Below are positions 11,699 to 21,285 of a DNA stretch of 64,000 bases, piece after piece (position 1 is the first letter of the stretch; every line of letters starts with the position of its first letter). Source of the DNA: an uncultured delta proteobacterium (GTDB lineage: Bacteria; Desulfobacterota; Binatia; UBA9968); NCBI GenBank assembly GCA_963755715.1, contig CAVWLW010000052.1, forward strand, positions 1 to 64,000. The letters are read 5' to 3'. The notes under the pieces were generated by a model. The model searched no databases, was not told the origin of the DNA, and worked only from the letters and a program-made list of their open reading frames with translations. The position numbers were made by a program, and so were the translations under genes.

Positions 11699-12889
11699 CT
11701 AGCGCTCCAGATCTCCGAAGAGGGACAGCTGTGCCGCAGATTGAGGCTTTGTTCTCGGTATAATTGCGTCGGGCAATGCAACTCCGCCGTCGAGCAATTC
11801 CTTAATGTCAGCAAAAGCACTAGCAACGCTCACCTCGGTCCCTTCCTTGCCAGGCTCTAGGAGAAAGACTTCATCTAACCCTATGCCTTCATCGCGGAGC
11901 AGATCAGCCGAGTGAGTGCTTAGCACGATCTGCCGTCCGGTGCGCCGTTGAATCCGCGCAAATATTTGCGGCACGTAACGAATAACTTCAGGATGAAGCG
12001 ATAGCTCGGGCTCTTCCAAGAGCAGCGGTCCGCGTCCATCCAATACTGCCCAAAGTAATCCTATGAGTCGCAATGTGCCGTCCGAGAACTGATCCTCCTT
12101 CTGCCATGCTCCCTGTGGTCGCCAATGTTCATACTTGCCGCGCAGATGCGGCGTCCCCTTTTCATCTCGGTAAAGCTCAATCTCGGTCAATTGCGGGACC
12201 GCAACCGCCAGTCCCTTTTGTATTTGTCTGAGACGAGCCTTTTGGGTCTTCTCTGGAGTCCGGGCTAGCTGTTCCAAAAAATCGCCACCGTAAGGATCAT
12301 TTCGTCTTCCAACCGATCGATCTGGTTCACGGACAAGCTGTGGCACGATGTGGAGATAACGCACTGACGCAAAGAAATCCGCTATGTCGCGAAACTCCCG
12401 GTTGACATTGACCTGCTCCAGATAGGTCTGTGTCCGCCGCTCTGGATCCGCTTCGTCTTCAGGGCTTGGACGGCGCAGGATCTCAACGCCATTCTTCGTA
12501 ACCCGTTCGCTTTTGACGAGCGGTCGCCTGAGTTTGTCTTGGGCAAAACGTAACTCATAGCCAGCTGCTCCTTCAATGCCTTCGCCCTCGAGTTCTGCAC
12601 GAATAACAATATCGGAGTTTTGCCTTGCAGCCAGACAGCGGATTGAAGACACGCCACCACGTTTATTTATGGCTTGCTGAAATCCGCCTCCTACCGACAC
12701 TATATCGTGCAAGAAGCGAAACACGTCCAGCAGGTTCGATTTTCCCGAGGCGTTCGGTCCAACAAGAAATACACGCCTTTGCAACTCGAGGTCGGTCCGT
12801 TGAAAATTACGCCAATTCTCCAAGTATAGCCTCGCAAACCGTTGGCCTTTCGTTTCCGGTTTCCGGCGACCATTTTGTGTCATTGGCAA
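11699..12889 (-). CDS. AAA_21/AAA_15-type ABC-class ATPase
   Basis: LENWRNF, Walker A GPNASGKS, signature FSDGTLR, Walker B LLLEEPELSLHP, H-loop STHS. Confidence 0.9.
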   Translation of the reverse strand: MPMTQNGRRKPETKGQRFARLYLENWRNFQRTDLELQRRVFLVGPNASGKSNLLDVFRFLHDIVSVGGGFQQAINKRGGVSSIRCLAARQNSDIVIRAELEGEGIEGAAGYELRFAQDKLRRPLVKSERVTKNGVEILRRPSPEDEADPERRTQTYLEQVNVNREFRDIADFFASVRYLHIVPQLVREPDRSVGRRNDPYGGDFLEQLARTPEKTQKARLRQIQKGLAVAVPQLTEIELYRDEKGTPHLRGKYEHWRPQGAWQKEDQFSDGTLRLIGLLWAVLDGRGPLLLEEPELSLHPEVIRYVPQIFARIQRRTGRQIVLSTHSADLLRDEGIGLDEVFLLEPGKEGTEVSVASAFADIKELLDGGVALPDAIIPRTKPQSAAQLSLFGDLER

Positions 12890-13202
12890 TTCTCTCTCTC
12901 ACAGTTCAAAGGGAACAATGATTCTCTGATCTCAAGAGGGCAATCATCAAACGTAACTGGCTATTAAACTTATGTTTATCATTAAATCGCCCGTAATGTG
13001 AACTGATAGTTGGTAGTCGAATGTAATTCTTCAAGGTTGGGACAGCTAGATAGAATACTTACGAATTTGGGTGATGTTTGCCCTTGCTGGGCATCAACGG
13101 GGCAAGTAACAATCCCTGAAATTTTTACACGGTGCGCATCGTTTAGGATTGCTCGAAGCGTCCCCTTTTTTGAGTAGGTTGTGAAATGGAACGTTGCGGA
13201 AT

Positions 13203-14780
13203 TTAACGCCGGCTTTTTGTCAGGAACTGTCGTTCGTAAAGAGCCTGAAGCTCGGCGAGCGTGGAAATTTGGTCTGGGCTTTTGTCGTCGCGAATTCTCT
13301 TGATGCGGGCGAAGCGCAGGGCGAATCCCGAGCTGTACTGCGGGCTCTTTTGGATTTCGTTATAGGCGACTTCGACGACGACCTCCGGACGTACGGTGAC
13401 TGTGTAGCCGTCATCGTGCGACTCGAGCGCCTTAAGCCTAGCGGTCATCTCGATAAACTGCTTGTCGGTGAGGCCTTTAAAAGTTTTGCCCACCGGCGCG
13501 TGACCGCCGGCGTGATCGGCGACAGCGAGGTGATAATTTGAGAGCCAGCCGCGCCTTCGCCCCGAACCGCGATCGGCGGCCAGGATCACACAATCGATAG
13601 TTTCGGCGAGCTTCACTTTGAACCAGAGCTTGCCGCGATTGCCGGGCATATACGGACTGCTTGGGGCTTTCGCCATCAATCCTTCGTGGCCCGCGGCGAG
13701 AGATTGATTCAGAAAAGCTTCGGCAGCGTTTTTGTCGCTGACAATTTTTCGCGCCGCCAAATATTTGCCGGCGGAAATTTCACCGAGCTTTCGCCAACGC
13801 GCCTCGTAGGCCTCATCGATCAGCGACCGGCCGTCTAAGTAGAGGCAGTCGAATAGATAAAGTGAAAGAGGGATTTCGCCCGCCGCCGTTTCGATGCCGT
13901 GAACGCGCCGGAAGCGGCGCATGAGCTCTTGGAAAGGAAATGGCCGGCCGTCGCTGCCCGTCGCCACGACTTCGGCGTCGAGGATGAAGGAATCGCCTCG
14001 AAGATGATTGCGCGCGATCTCGGCAATCTCGGGCAGACTCTCGGTTACTTCGGTCAGGCGCCGGCTCCAGATGCGCACCTGATCGCGGTCTTTGTGGATC
14101 TGCACCCGCGCGCCGTCGTATTTATACTCGAGCGCGGTTTCTCCGCTGTGCGTTTTGATAATCTCATCGAAGTCCTCCGAAAGCTCGGAAAGCATCGGCA
14201 GCAGCGGCACGAATAGTTTAATATTGACCCGCTGCAGCCCGTCGGCGCCGTCTGTCAGAGCGATCGCGGCGACTTCGGCGAGATCCGAAAGAAAAAGCGC
14301 GGCGCGGCGCACGGTTTTGAGATCGCTGCCGGAGGCGCGGGCAATCGCCTCCTGGATCAGGCCGTCGTGCAGCCCGATGCGCAGTTCATTGTGCAGCAGG
14401 CGAAACAAAATCGGCCGCTCGTGCACCGAAGCCATTTCAATCAACTCTCTGAGCCGACTATATTTCTGCTCGCGCGAACCCTTGCCGCTCGCTTCGGCTA
14501 TCCGGGCGAAGCTGTTGGCAACGTCACTGATCTTGAGCGGCGGTAGGACGGAGGCGTCGTTTTCCGGTACTTCAGCGGCGTGTGAAAAGGCACCGGCTCC
14601 GATGTCGAGTGTCCGTGGATCGGAAACGGGAAATGGGCGGCCCGACAAAAAAGCCACTCCAGGACGAATTTCTTCCGGTTCGAGGCGACGAAGATAATCC
14701 GCCGCCGCGGCAATCTTCGCCAGCCGGCTCGGCGTCTTTTCCAATGCATAACAGAGTGAGGCAAAGTCTGAAAAGTTCAC
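13203..14780 (-). CDS. ATP-dependent DNA ligase (LigB/archaeal-like, with N-terminal DNA-binding domain)
   Basis: EYKYDGARVQIH, EGLMAK, WFKVK, VGKTFKGLTD, ALRFAR. Confidence 0.95.
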   Translation of the reverse strand: MNFSDFASLCYALEKTPSRLAKIAAAADYLRRLEPEEIRPGVAFLSGRPFPVSDPRTLDIGAGAFSHAAEVPENDASVLPPLKISDVANSFARIAEASGKGSREQKYSRLRELIEMASVHERPILFRLLHNELRIGLHDGLIQEAIARASGSDLKTVRRAALFLSDLAEVAAIALTDGADGLQRVNIKLFVPLLPMLSELSEDFDEIIKTHSGETALEYKYDGARVQIHKDRDQVRIWSRRLTEVTESLPEIAEIARNHLRGDSFILDAEVVATGSDGRPFPFQELMRRFRRVHGIETAAGEIPLSLYLFDCLYLDGRSLIDEAYEARWRKLGEISAGKYLAARKIVSDKNAAEAFLNQSLAAGHEGLMAKAPSSPYMPGNRGKLWFKVKLAETIDCVILAADRGSGRRRGWLSNYHLAVADHAGGHAPVGKTFKGLTDKQFIEMTARLKALESHDDGYTVTVRPEVVVEVAYNEIQKSPQYSSGFALRFARIKRIRDDKSPDQISTLAELQALYERQFLTKSRR

Positions 14781-14805
14781 TGAACTTATTCTAACATTCC
14801 GCTCG

Positions 14806-14835
14806 ATTAGATGCTAAGGTGGAAGTAACGGATGC
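14806..14835 (-). promoter_or_regulatory. ECF-type promoter motif, copy 1 (before DNA ligase)
   Basis: Minus strand GCATC-N16-GCATCTAAT, ending 25 nt before the GTG. Confidence 0.65.
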
Positions 14836-14926
14836 AAAGTAGATCGGATCAATCTTCAACCCCCGCAAATGGTGAACGAGAATCGCCTAAGCCGGTCATT
14901 TCAGTAAAGGATGAAAGGATGGAATC

Positions 14927-15490
14927 ATGACGCGACGTGGTTTATTGCGGAGTTTGTTGGCAGGAGGAATCTGGTCCGCTTTAAGGGGACACTTAGCGGC
15001 GGCGCAGCCGGTATCGTTGAAAGATGTCGAGGCGCTGCAAAAAAACTGGAAGTCGCTCCTCGCCGAAGGGGTAAAAGTGCCGTTGCCCAACGAGCAACTC
15101 AAACTATCCAAAGAGGAGTGGCGCAAGCGATTGTCGCCGAATGAATTCAACATTTTGCGTGAGGAGGGCACGGAGCCTCCCGGCACGAGCCCGTTGAATA
15201 GCGAGAAGCGCCCGGGAATTTACACCTGCGCGGGCTGCGGCTTGCCGCTCTTCACCTCCGAGATGAAATACGACAGCGGCACAGGCTGGCCGAGCTTTTT
15301 TGCGAGCATTCCAAGCGCCTTTGAGACCAGCACGGATTTCAAATTAGTTCTGCCGCGCACCGAATATCACTGTGCGCGTTGCGGCGGCCACCATGGCCAT
15401 GTCTTCAACGACGGCCCGCCGCCCACCGGAAAACGATGGTGCAACAACGGCGTAGCTCTGAAGTTCATTCCGAAGTCCGGCAAGATTTGA
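14927..15490 (+). CDS. msrB: Peptide-methionine (R)-S-oxide reductase with Tat-like signal
   Basis: CAGC, KYDSGTGWPSF, RTEYHCARCGGHHGHVFNDGP, RWCNNG; N-terminus MTRRGLL. Confidence 0.93.
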   Translation: MTRRGLLRSLLAGGIWSALRGHLAAAQPVSLKDVEALQKNWKSLLAEGVKVPLPNEQLKLSKEEWRKRLSPNEFNILREEGTEPPGTSPLNSEKRPGIYTCAGCGLPLFTSEMKYDSGTGWPSFFASIPSAFETSTDFKLVLPRTEYHCARCGGHHGHVFNDGPPPTGKRWCNNGVALKFIPKSGKI

Positions 15491-15623
15491 TTGTGCGCCC
15501 CGTTGGCCGCGTCGCATAACTTGGATGCTGTGACTGCGGCAAAAGGTGCAGGGCGGGCAGACTGCTGTGCGGTTGCAAGAGAGTCTTTGAGGTCTCAGGT
15601 GCCAGGGTAGCCAGAACGGTCGA

Positions 15624-16010
15624 TCAATCGCTGGCAAAGCGGATGCCGAAAGCCGTCCGGGTCCGCGATAGTGAAATCTCGCAGGCCGTAGTAACGATCG
15701 GCGATCGGAATGATGAATTCGCGCACCCATGTCTATTACCAAGCGCCAATAGTCATCCACGTTGGGCACCATCACTCTGATATTGGCGGCAGGAAACTTT
15801 GATGAAGCGGGCGACTCTATTGGGCCCGCTTCGTGGAACGCTGACAGCTCGGCAAGAAACAGACGATGGTCTTCGCAGGTAGACGACGAAATCACCGCCG
15901 TCGCGCAGTAGCGCAAATCCCAATTGACAATAGAACTGAGTGGAATGTTTTATGTCCTTGACGAGGATTTCGGTGACGAGCTGTTCCGTTGGTTCGACGT
16001 ATCTGCTCAT
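15624..16010 (-). CDS. VOC/glyoxalase family protein (frameshifted)
   Basis: LVKDIKHSTQFYCQLGF...IRVMVPNVDDYW...DRYYGLRDFTIADPDG across frames. Confidence 0.8.
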
Positions 16011-16121
16011 AAAAGGCAAAGTTAAATGTTGTGCGCAGGCCAGTCAACGACTCTGGTCGAACTGAGGTTTCGGTGTGATATCAGATATCAGCCCTCGGCA
16101 AATACGACGCGCTACGCGAGC

Positions 16122-16303
16122 TTACTCGGCAACACGCGAAGCGACGGCGCCGCAACCGGGCAGCCGTGGGTTTCTTCGATCAAACCGCCCAGTGATGCGT
16201 CGAAGTTCGCGGCTTCACGTCCTTCGATCGAATAGATCAGCTTGTCGGCGTGATGATTCATCTCGTTGCCGCACTTCGGGCAAATCATTTTGCTCTTTGC
16301 CAT
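16122..16303 (-). CDS. Small putative zinc-ribbon protein (CPKCG...HxCPGCG), 1-nt frameshift
   Basis: RBS AAGGAG; MAKSKMICPKCGNEMNHHADKL...EETHGCP. Restoring one base gives CPGCGAVASRVAE*. Confidence 0.65.
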
Positions 16304-16316
16304 CTCGGTTTCTCCT

Positions 16317-16889
16317 TTAACTATCCAGAGTGATGTTATCCCGGCCGTGGCGCAGCGTCTTGGCCATCCAAACAAGCTCGTCCAAGAATTTATCGGCGCG
16401 CTTGATAAACGCTTGATCGAGAAGGTTGCCCGATGGGTCGAATACGCTGGCGACATTGCCGAAATTGACGTCCCAAAAAATGTTGACTAACCCGAGCTCG
16501 CGAATCACCGGCAGGAAATCCTGAATCGCGCGCACGCCGCCGAAAGGTCCAGCCGATACACCGACGATGCCGGCGGCTTTGTGGATGTATTCTTTCAGGC
16601 AGCTGTCTAAAACGTGTTTGAGCAAACCAGGAAAGCTATGGTTGTACTCCGGCGTGACGATCACCAGGGCGTCGGCCATCGTCATCCTGTTCGAGAAGGT
16701 GGAATCCTTGATCTCTTCGCCGGCGTCGTCAATTGGCATGGGCAGGTCCGAGAGATCGATCAAGTCGGTCGAAATACACGGTCGTTTTTGGATCTGTTCG
16801 ACCATGAAGCGCGCGGCGTGAGCGCTCATGCGCCCTTTGCGGGTTGTCCCCAGGATAACCGGTATGCTCAGTGGTCTGTTGTTGGTCAT
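16317..16889 (-). CDS. NADPH-dependent FMN reductase
   Basis: LGTTRKGRMS, VTPEYNHSFPGLLKHVLD, SAGPFGG. Confidence 0.92.
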   Translation of the reverse strand: MTNNRPLSIPVILGTTRKGRMSAHAARFMVEQIQKRPCISTDLIDLSDLPMPIDDAGEEIKDSTFSNRMTMADALVIVTPEYNHSFPGLLKHVLDSCLKEYIHKAAGIVGVSAGPFGGVRAIQDFLPVIRELGLVNIFWDVNFGNVASVFDPSGNLLDQAFIKRADKFLDELVWMAKTLRHGRDNITLDS

Positions 16890-16902
16890 TGCTCGTGCTC
16901 CT

Positions 16903-17181
16903 TTACTTCACTTGTGACAAGCTACCAACGCTCGCATCGGGTTGAACGCCAGGAATGTTCAACGGCATGCGATAAAGGCTGCCCTGCGCGGTCATATAAA
17001 GAGTCTTGCCGTCGTCGCCGCCCCACGCCATGTTGTGCGGGTGCCTGGGCGCGATGATCGTGCCCAGATGTTTCGCCTCGGGGGAAATGATCCACAATCC
17101 GCCGGGGCCGGAAACGTACAAGTTGCCTTGTCGATCGACTTTGATGCCCAACAAACTGCTGGTGGTGAAAAATGTTTTCAT
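16903..17181 (-). pseudogene. SMP-30/gluconolactonase remnant (C-terminal ~80 aa only)
   Basis: GIKVDRQGNLYVSGPGGLWIISPEAKHLGTI...NMAWGGDDGKTLYMTA behind an 11-aa leader; RBS GGAGGAG. Confidence 0.75.
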
Positions 17182-17284
17182 TTGCTCCTCCGATGAATTT
17201 GCTCCGATTGTTTTTCGGCCGGGTCCTAACAGGGAAGCTGGGCCCGGCCTGATGCCGCTTTTTTCTCGCGGCCTTGTTTGCAGG

Positions 17285-17314
17285 ATTAGATGCGGCGGCG
17301 CTCAAAAGAGATGC
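17285..17314 (-). promoter_or_regulatory. ECF-type promoter motif, copy 2
   Basis: GCATC-N16-GCATCTAAT upstream of the lactonase remnant / FMN reductase operon. Confidence 0.65.
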
Positions 17315-17452
17315 GAGACGAGAGCTGGAAAAGCATTGGAGTGATGAAGAACGGAGTGGTGCGATATAAAGAGGGCTTCAGCAGTCGGGCGGAATGCTAG
17401 CGAACAACGTCTGCCGCGGCGATTCACCGCGGTAGCGAGGAAAGGTTGAGAG

Positions 17453-18427
17453 CTACGCGAACTGCGGCGAGGCGCTATCGACCCAGTGAGGACGGATGCC
17501 GGCCAAGTCGAGCGACGCCAGGACGCGCTTCGGCTCGCCGAGGTCGCTCCACCTGAGACCGCTGACTTTGAGAACCGCGAGCCGCTGCGGCAGTTGCGCG
17601 AGCACTTGATGAGAAAAATTGATCTCCTCCAGGCTTTGGTAGAGCTCGGTCACTGCTCCGGCCTCGGCCCGAGTGGCGAATAAAGGATTTAAGCACGCGA
17701 ATGCACGGTAAAAACCGGGAAGCGCGCTCTCAATGATATCGAGCAGCGCTTGCACCGAGGCGACCATCACGAAACTGTTCCACAGGCAGCCGCGCAGTTG
17801 CAGGACTTGGGCTAACACTTGGTTGGGCTTTTCCCAAAAACGCCGCACGCCAGAAACTTTGGCGTTGCCTTTGGCGGGCAGCGTCGGTTCGATCCAGCCG
17901 TATTCCACTTCGGGACTTTCGGGCTCGACTCCAAGCAGAATCACGACATCTCGTCTCACTCGTGCGGTGTCGAGCGCGGTGCGGATGTGGTTCATAAATT
18001 TTCGATTGTCGGAGATATAGTGATCCGACGGAAACAGGGCGACCACAGCCTGTGGATCTGCCGCCGCAATGCGCAGGAGACCATAGAGGATCGCGGGCGC
18101 GGTGCCGGCATTACGCGGCTGTACGACAAGATTCGCCGGACGCTTGTCGGCGAGGATCGGCGCATAAAAGGGTTCGTGCGCCTGGTTGACGATGTAGAGG
18201 GTACGTTCTTCCGGCAATTCCAAAGCGGCTCGCCGTTGGGTTTCTTCGAGAAGTGTGGCGCGGCCGAGGACTGAGCAAAACTGCTTTGGCCGTTCATCCC
18301 CGGCAATCTTCCGCGTTAAAGACTTGAGCCGAGTGCCGTCTCCGCCGGCCAAAATGATCGCCCATTCACGATCGAGAGGTCTGGACACCGTGTTATTCGT
18401 GTTTTCGTCGGCTGATTGTTCGAGCAT
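17453..18427 (-). CDS. Mannose-1-phosphate guanylyltransferase-like sugar nucleotidyltransferase
   Basis: ILAGGDGTRL, PKQF, QPRNAGTAPAI, FPSDHY, EYGWI, RFWEKP, WNSF, WSDLG. Start placed at ATG 18427 after GAGG. Confidence 0.85.
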   Translation of the reverse strand: MLEQSADENTNNTVSRPLDREWAIILAGGDGTRLKSLTRKIAGDERPKQFCSVLGRATLLEETQRRAALELPEERTLYIVNQAHEPFYAPILADKRPANLVVQPRNAGTAPAILYGLLRIAAADPQAVVALFPSDHYISDNRKFMNHIRTALDTARVRRDVVILLGVEPESPEVEYGWIEPTLPAKGNAKVSGVRRFWEKPNQVLAQVLQLRGCLWNSFVMVASVQALLDIIESALPGFYRAFACLNPLFATRAEAGAVTELYQSLEEINFSHQVLAQLPQRLAVLKVSGLRWSDLGEPKRVLASLDLAGIRPHWVDSASPQFA

Positions 18428-18491
18428 GATGAATACCTCGTTAGAAGTTCGTTGTATCGAACCCTCAATCCGAGTTTCGGATTGCTTGTCG

Positions 18492-18521
18492 ATTGGATGT
18501 CTAACGGCGGACAAACGATGC
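18492..18521 (-). promoter_or_regulatory. ECF-type promoter motif, copy 3
   Basis: GCATC-N16-ACATCCAAT. Confidence 0.55.
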
Positions 18522-18774
18522 TAAAGATTCGAAGGCTGACACTCCGCCCAATCTAGATGCGCACTGAACGTACAAGTGGGAGATTAATTCCGGATGGCGC
18601 CGATGGTTAAGAATTCGTGACCCGTTAAACTGAGCAGCGGGATGGCACAAACTCAACCGCGATACCGGCTGCCTGAGACGGTTGGAGTGCGGTTGGAGTC
18701 GGATCGCCCGGCTGCGCTGGCACAGTCTGATCATTCCCACGGAGGGGCGGCTAGAATGACTTAAATCATCGGTG

Positions 18775-18927
18775 TCAACTGTCTCCGCCACGGCCAAATA
18801 GACGGTCCCTATTTTGACTCGCAGGGTGCTCAAAAATCGTTCCAAAACTAAATGCCGATATCATGAAGAGCCCGAGACAGGCGCCTTCGATCAAGTATTC
18901 AGGCCAATGGTTCTTCAGCGCATCCAT
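18775..18927 (-). pseudogene. Truncated MIP/aquaporin-like N-terminus
   Basis: MDALKNHWPEYLIEGACLGLFMISAFSFGTIFEHPAS, then an unrelated tail and stop at 50 aa; below the ORF track cutoff. Confidence 0.55.
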
Positions 18928-18934
18928 CACTAGG

Positions 18935-18963
18935 ATTAGATGCGGAAGATTTTAAAATGATGC
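18935..18963 (-). promoter_or_regulatory. ECF-type promoter motif, copy 4
   Basis: GCATC-N15-GCATCTAAT immediately before the aquaporin-like start. Confidence 0.6.
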
Positions 18964-19056
18964 GATAACTTGACGGTGCATCAGTAGCGGAAGCGTGGTG
19001 GGCTTGCTTTTTTGTGCCGCGGCAGTTTGATTGGGATCAAGGTTTCCTGGAAGCGA

Positions 19057-19674
19057 TTAGTTTTTGCCGCCCTGTTCGTAAATCGATCTTGATTCGGATT
19101 GGCGAGCGCGGTCGATCTCGCTATCGAATTGACGGCCGATTCGCTGCGCCGAGGCGGTGAACTCGCCTGCCTCCGGCTTTCCCGCCAAAGTGCGCTCGAT
19201 GGCAAGTCGAATCGTCCTATTCGGGTCCCAGTGAATGCCGTAGACGCTGTCTGACGTAACTTCATCGAGCCATGCGTGCATGCCATTGAGTCCGGCATCG
19301 ATTTCCTTGCGACCCCGCTCTCGATCGTTCGACCGATAAAGCGTGAGCCCGAAGTAGAGCCGCGCTAAATAGTCATTGTTATCGTTGGCAAGGGCGCGCT
19401 CGAGAACAGCGCGCGCTTTAGTGTTGTCACCGGTCTCATAATAAGCGCGACCGAGATAGGTCAGAATGCTTTCCTGCGCCCTGGTGGGGAGTTTGTAGTT
19501 CGGATCCGACTCAGCGGCGCGGCTGAGATAAATGACAGCGTCCTCAGGATGGCCAGTCTGAAGCGCCGCGCGACCCGCTTGAACGTCTCGACCGACTTGA
19601 AAACTGGCGCAGCCGCCTGCCAGCATGAGTGCTAGCAAACATGTTGAAATCAATGTTCGGCTTGCATTCCTCAT
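19057..19674 (-). CDS. TPR-repeat lipoprotein
   Basis: Lipobox-like LAGGC; TPR helices (YLGRAYYETGDNTKARAVLERAL); RBS GAGGAG. Confidence 0.8.
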   Translation of the reverse strand: MRNASRTLISTCLLALMLAGGCASFQVGRDVQAGRAALQTGHPEDAVIYLSRAAESDPNYKLPTRAQESILTYLGRAYYETGDNTKARAVLERALANDNNDYLARLYFGLTLYRSNDRERGRKEIDAGLNGMHAWLDEVTSDSVYGIHWDPNRTIRLAIERTLAGKPEAGEFTASAQRIGRQFDSEIDRARQSESRSIYEQGGKN

Positions 19675-19767
19675 AGACGCTCCTCTGCTGACACTCATTG
19701 GGGAGCATCATCAAATATCGCCAACGAGTATCGCGCTGAGCGACTGGAACGTCAACTGAGTAAGCGA

Positions 19768-20880
19768 TCAGTTGAGCGCGATCACGTTCTTGATGCCGCC
19801 GCCTTTCCCCAATAGCAAATCGCGGTGCGCTTCAATGGGGAAGCGGCCGGTGATTACACTGCGAACCGCTTCGGGCCAAGTATCAACGAACGAACCGAGA
19901 TCTCGGATCGACGCTTCGAAGGCGTCGCGCCCGGCGTTGACCGTGCCGAACACCACTTGATTTTTCAGAACTAGATTTCGCATCATCAAGTCGGTGTCGA
20001 TCTCGACGGGTCCCTTGCGTCCGGGAACTCCGGTAAACACAAAAATTCCGTTGGTGCCGAGGTGTTGGATCATGTCAAAAGCAAGGCGCGACGCGCCGGT
20101 CGCTTCATAGACCAAGTCGACGTTGCCGACTTCTGATGCCAGAGCTTCGAGCGAATGGGTTTCCGCCGAGAGATACTTGGCGCCGATCATTGCCAGCACG
20201 TCTGCTTTCGGATTTGGCACGGGCTCGCGGGCGTAGACGTAGGTATCGAAGCCGTTCTTGACTAAAGCCATGGCGCCGAGCAATCCCACGGGACCGGCGC
20301 CTAAGACTACGGCTTTGTGGCAGTGCGCTTGGGCCTTGTTCGCTGCCGCGGGACAACCCCACGGTAGTCGCCGCTGCACATCCCAAACTTGAATTAACGC
20401 CTTTTCGGCGATCGTTAGAGGTTCGACTAAGATCGCGAGGTCGCGGAGATCTACGGGCACCGGATTCATATACTGTTCATCATCGACGACAAACTGCGCC
20501 ATGAAACCATGCCGCCCTTTAATGCCGCGTTCGGTAAAGTCTCCGGTGAAGCAAAAGTCCTGGTGCCCGACCCGGCATGCCGGACAATAGTCGTGCGGAC
20601 AGGGCCGACGGACCATCGGTACGACAAGGTCGCCGACTTTGACGCGTGTGACCTTCGCGCCGACTTCGATGACTTCTCCCAACGATTCATGGCCGATGAC
20701 CAATTCGGCCGATCCGGCCGGCGGCGTGCCGTATTCGAAGGCGCAGATCTCTTTGTCGGTGCCGCAAACGCCGGCTTCAAGCATCCGCAGCTTGACATCG
20801 GTGGGGCTACAGAGGCGAGGTTCGGGTAGATTGATTAACCCCAATTGTTTAGTTTCCGGTGTGACGGCGATCGCTTTCAT
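19768..20880 (-). CDS. Zn-dependent glucose 1-dehydrogenase-like MDR enzyme
   Basis: GVCGTDKE, GHE, MVRRP with Cys cluster, ERGIKGRHGF, LVEP, VLGAGPVG, VFGTVNA. Confidence 0.85.
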   Translation of the reverse strand: MKAIAVTPETKQLGLINLPEPRLCSPTDVKLRMLEAGVCGTDKEICAFEYGTPPAGSAELVIGHESLGEVIEVGAKVTRVKVGDLVVPMVRRPCPHDYCPACRVGHQDFCFTGDFTERGIKGRHGFMAQFVVDDEQYMNPVPVDLRDLAILVEPLTIAEKALIQVWDVQRRLPWGCPAAANKAQAHCHKAVVLGAGPVGLLGAMALVKNGFDTYVYAREPVPNPKADVLAMIGAKYLSAETHSLEALASEVGNVDLVYEATGASRLAFDMIQHLGTNGIFVFTGVPGRKGPVEIDTDLMMRNLVLKNQVVFGTVNAGRDAFEASIRDLGSFVDTWPEAVRSVITGRFPIEAHRDLLLGKGGGIKNVIALN

Positions 20881-20968
20881 GGCCAATTTTCTCCTGTGAA
20901 TTCGTCGAGGGTGGATCACCGAGAATGAGTCTTCGGTTGAGCCCCCGTCTAAGTTGATTCGTTAGTTT

Positions 20969-20998
20969 GTTGGATGACGCGATCCGGAGAAAAGATGC
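20969..20998 (-). promoter_or_regulatory. ECF-type promoter motif, copy 5
   Basis: GCATC-N16-TCATCCAAC. Confidence 0.55.
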
Positions 20999-21027
20999 AG
21001 CAGGCAAATCCCGATGAGCGCGCTCGC

Positions 21028-21285
21028 TCAGCGGCGCAAGCTCAAGCTTTCCGACAGCGCTGCTCCACGAAGACGTAAAAACGAGCGGCTGAGCTCAATG
21101 GTTTTCCTGTAGGTTTGCAGGAACGCCACGCAATCCGGGCATATTTGCTGATGTGATTCAAAGGCCAAACGGTCCGCCGCCTTTATTTCCCCGGAGATAA
21201 GATCGGCGAGCAGAGCAACGGCTTGCGCGCAAGTGACCGATGAAACGGCGCGCTCGCGCCGTCTTGTCGCGCGCGCGTTCAACAT
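21028..21285 (-). CDS. Soluble zf-HC2 (ZAS) anti-sigma-like protein
   Basis: TCAQAVALLADLISGEI...HQQICPDC (HxxxCxxC). Start uncertain. Confidence 0.8.
   Translation of the reverse strand: MLNARATRRRERAVSSVTCAQAVALLADLISGEIKAADRLAFESHQQICPDCVAFLQTYRKTIELSRSFLRLRGAALSESLSLRR

Noticed and set aside
18552-18581. GCATCTAGA element resembling the ECF -10
   Set aside because: No matching -35 at 15-16 nt (TCCCA), so not counted as a motif copy.
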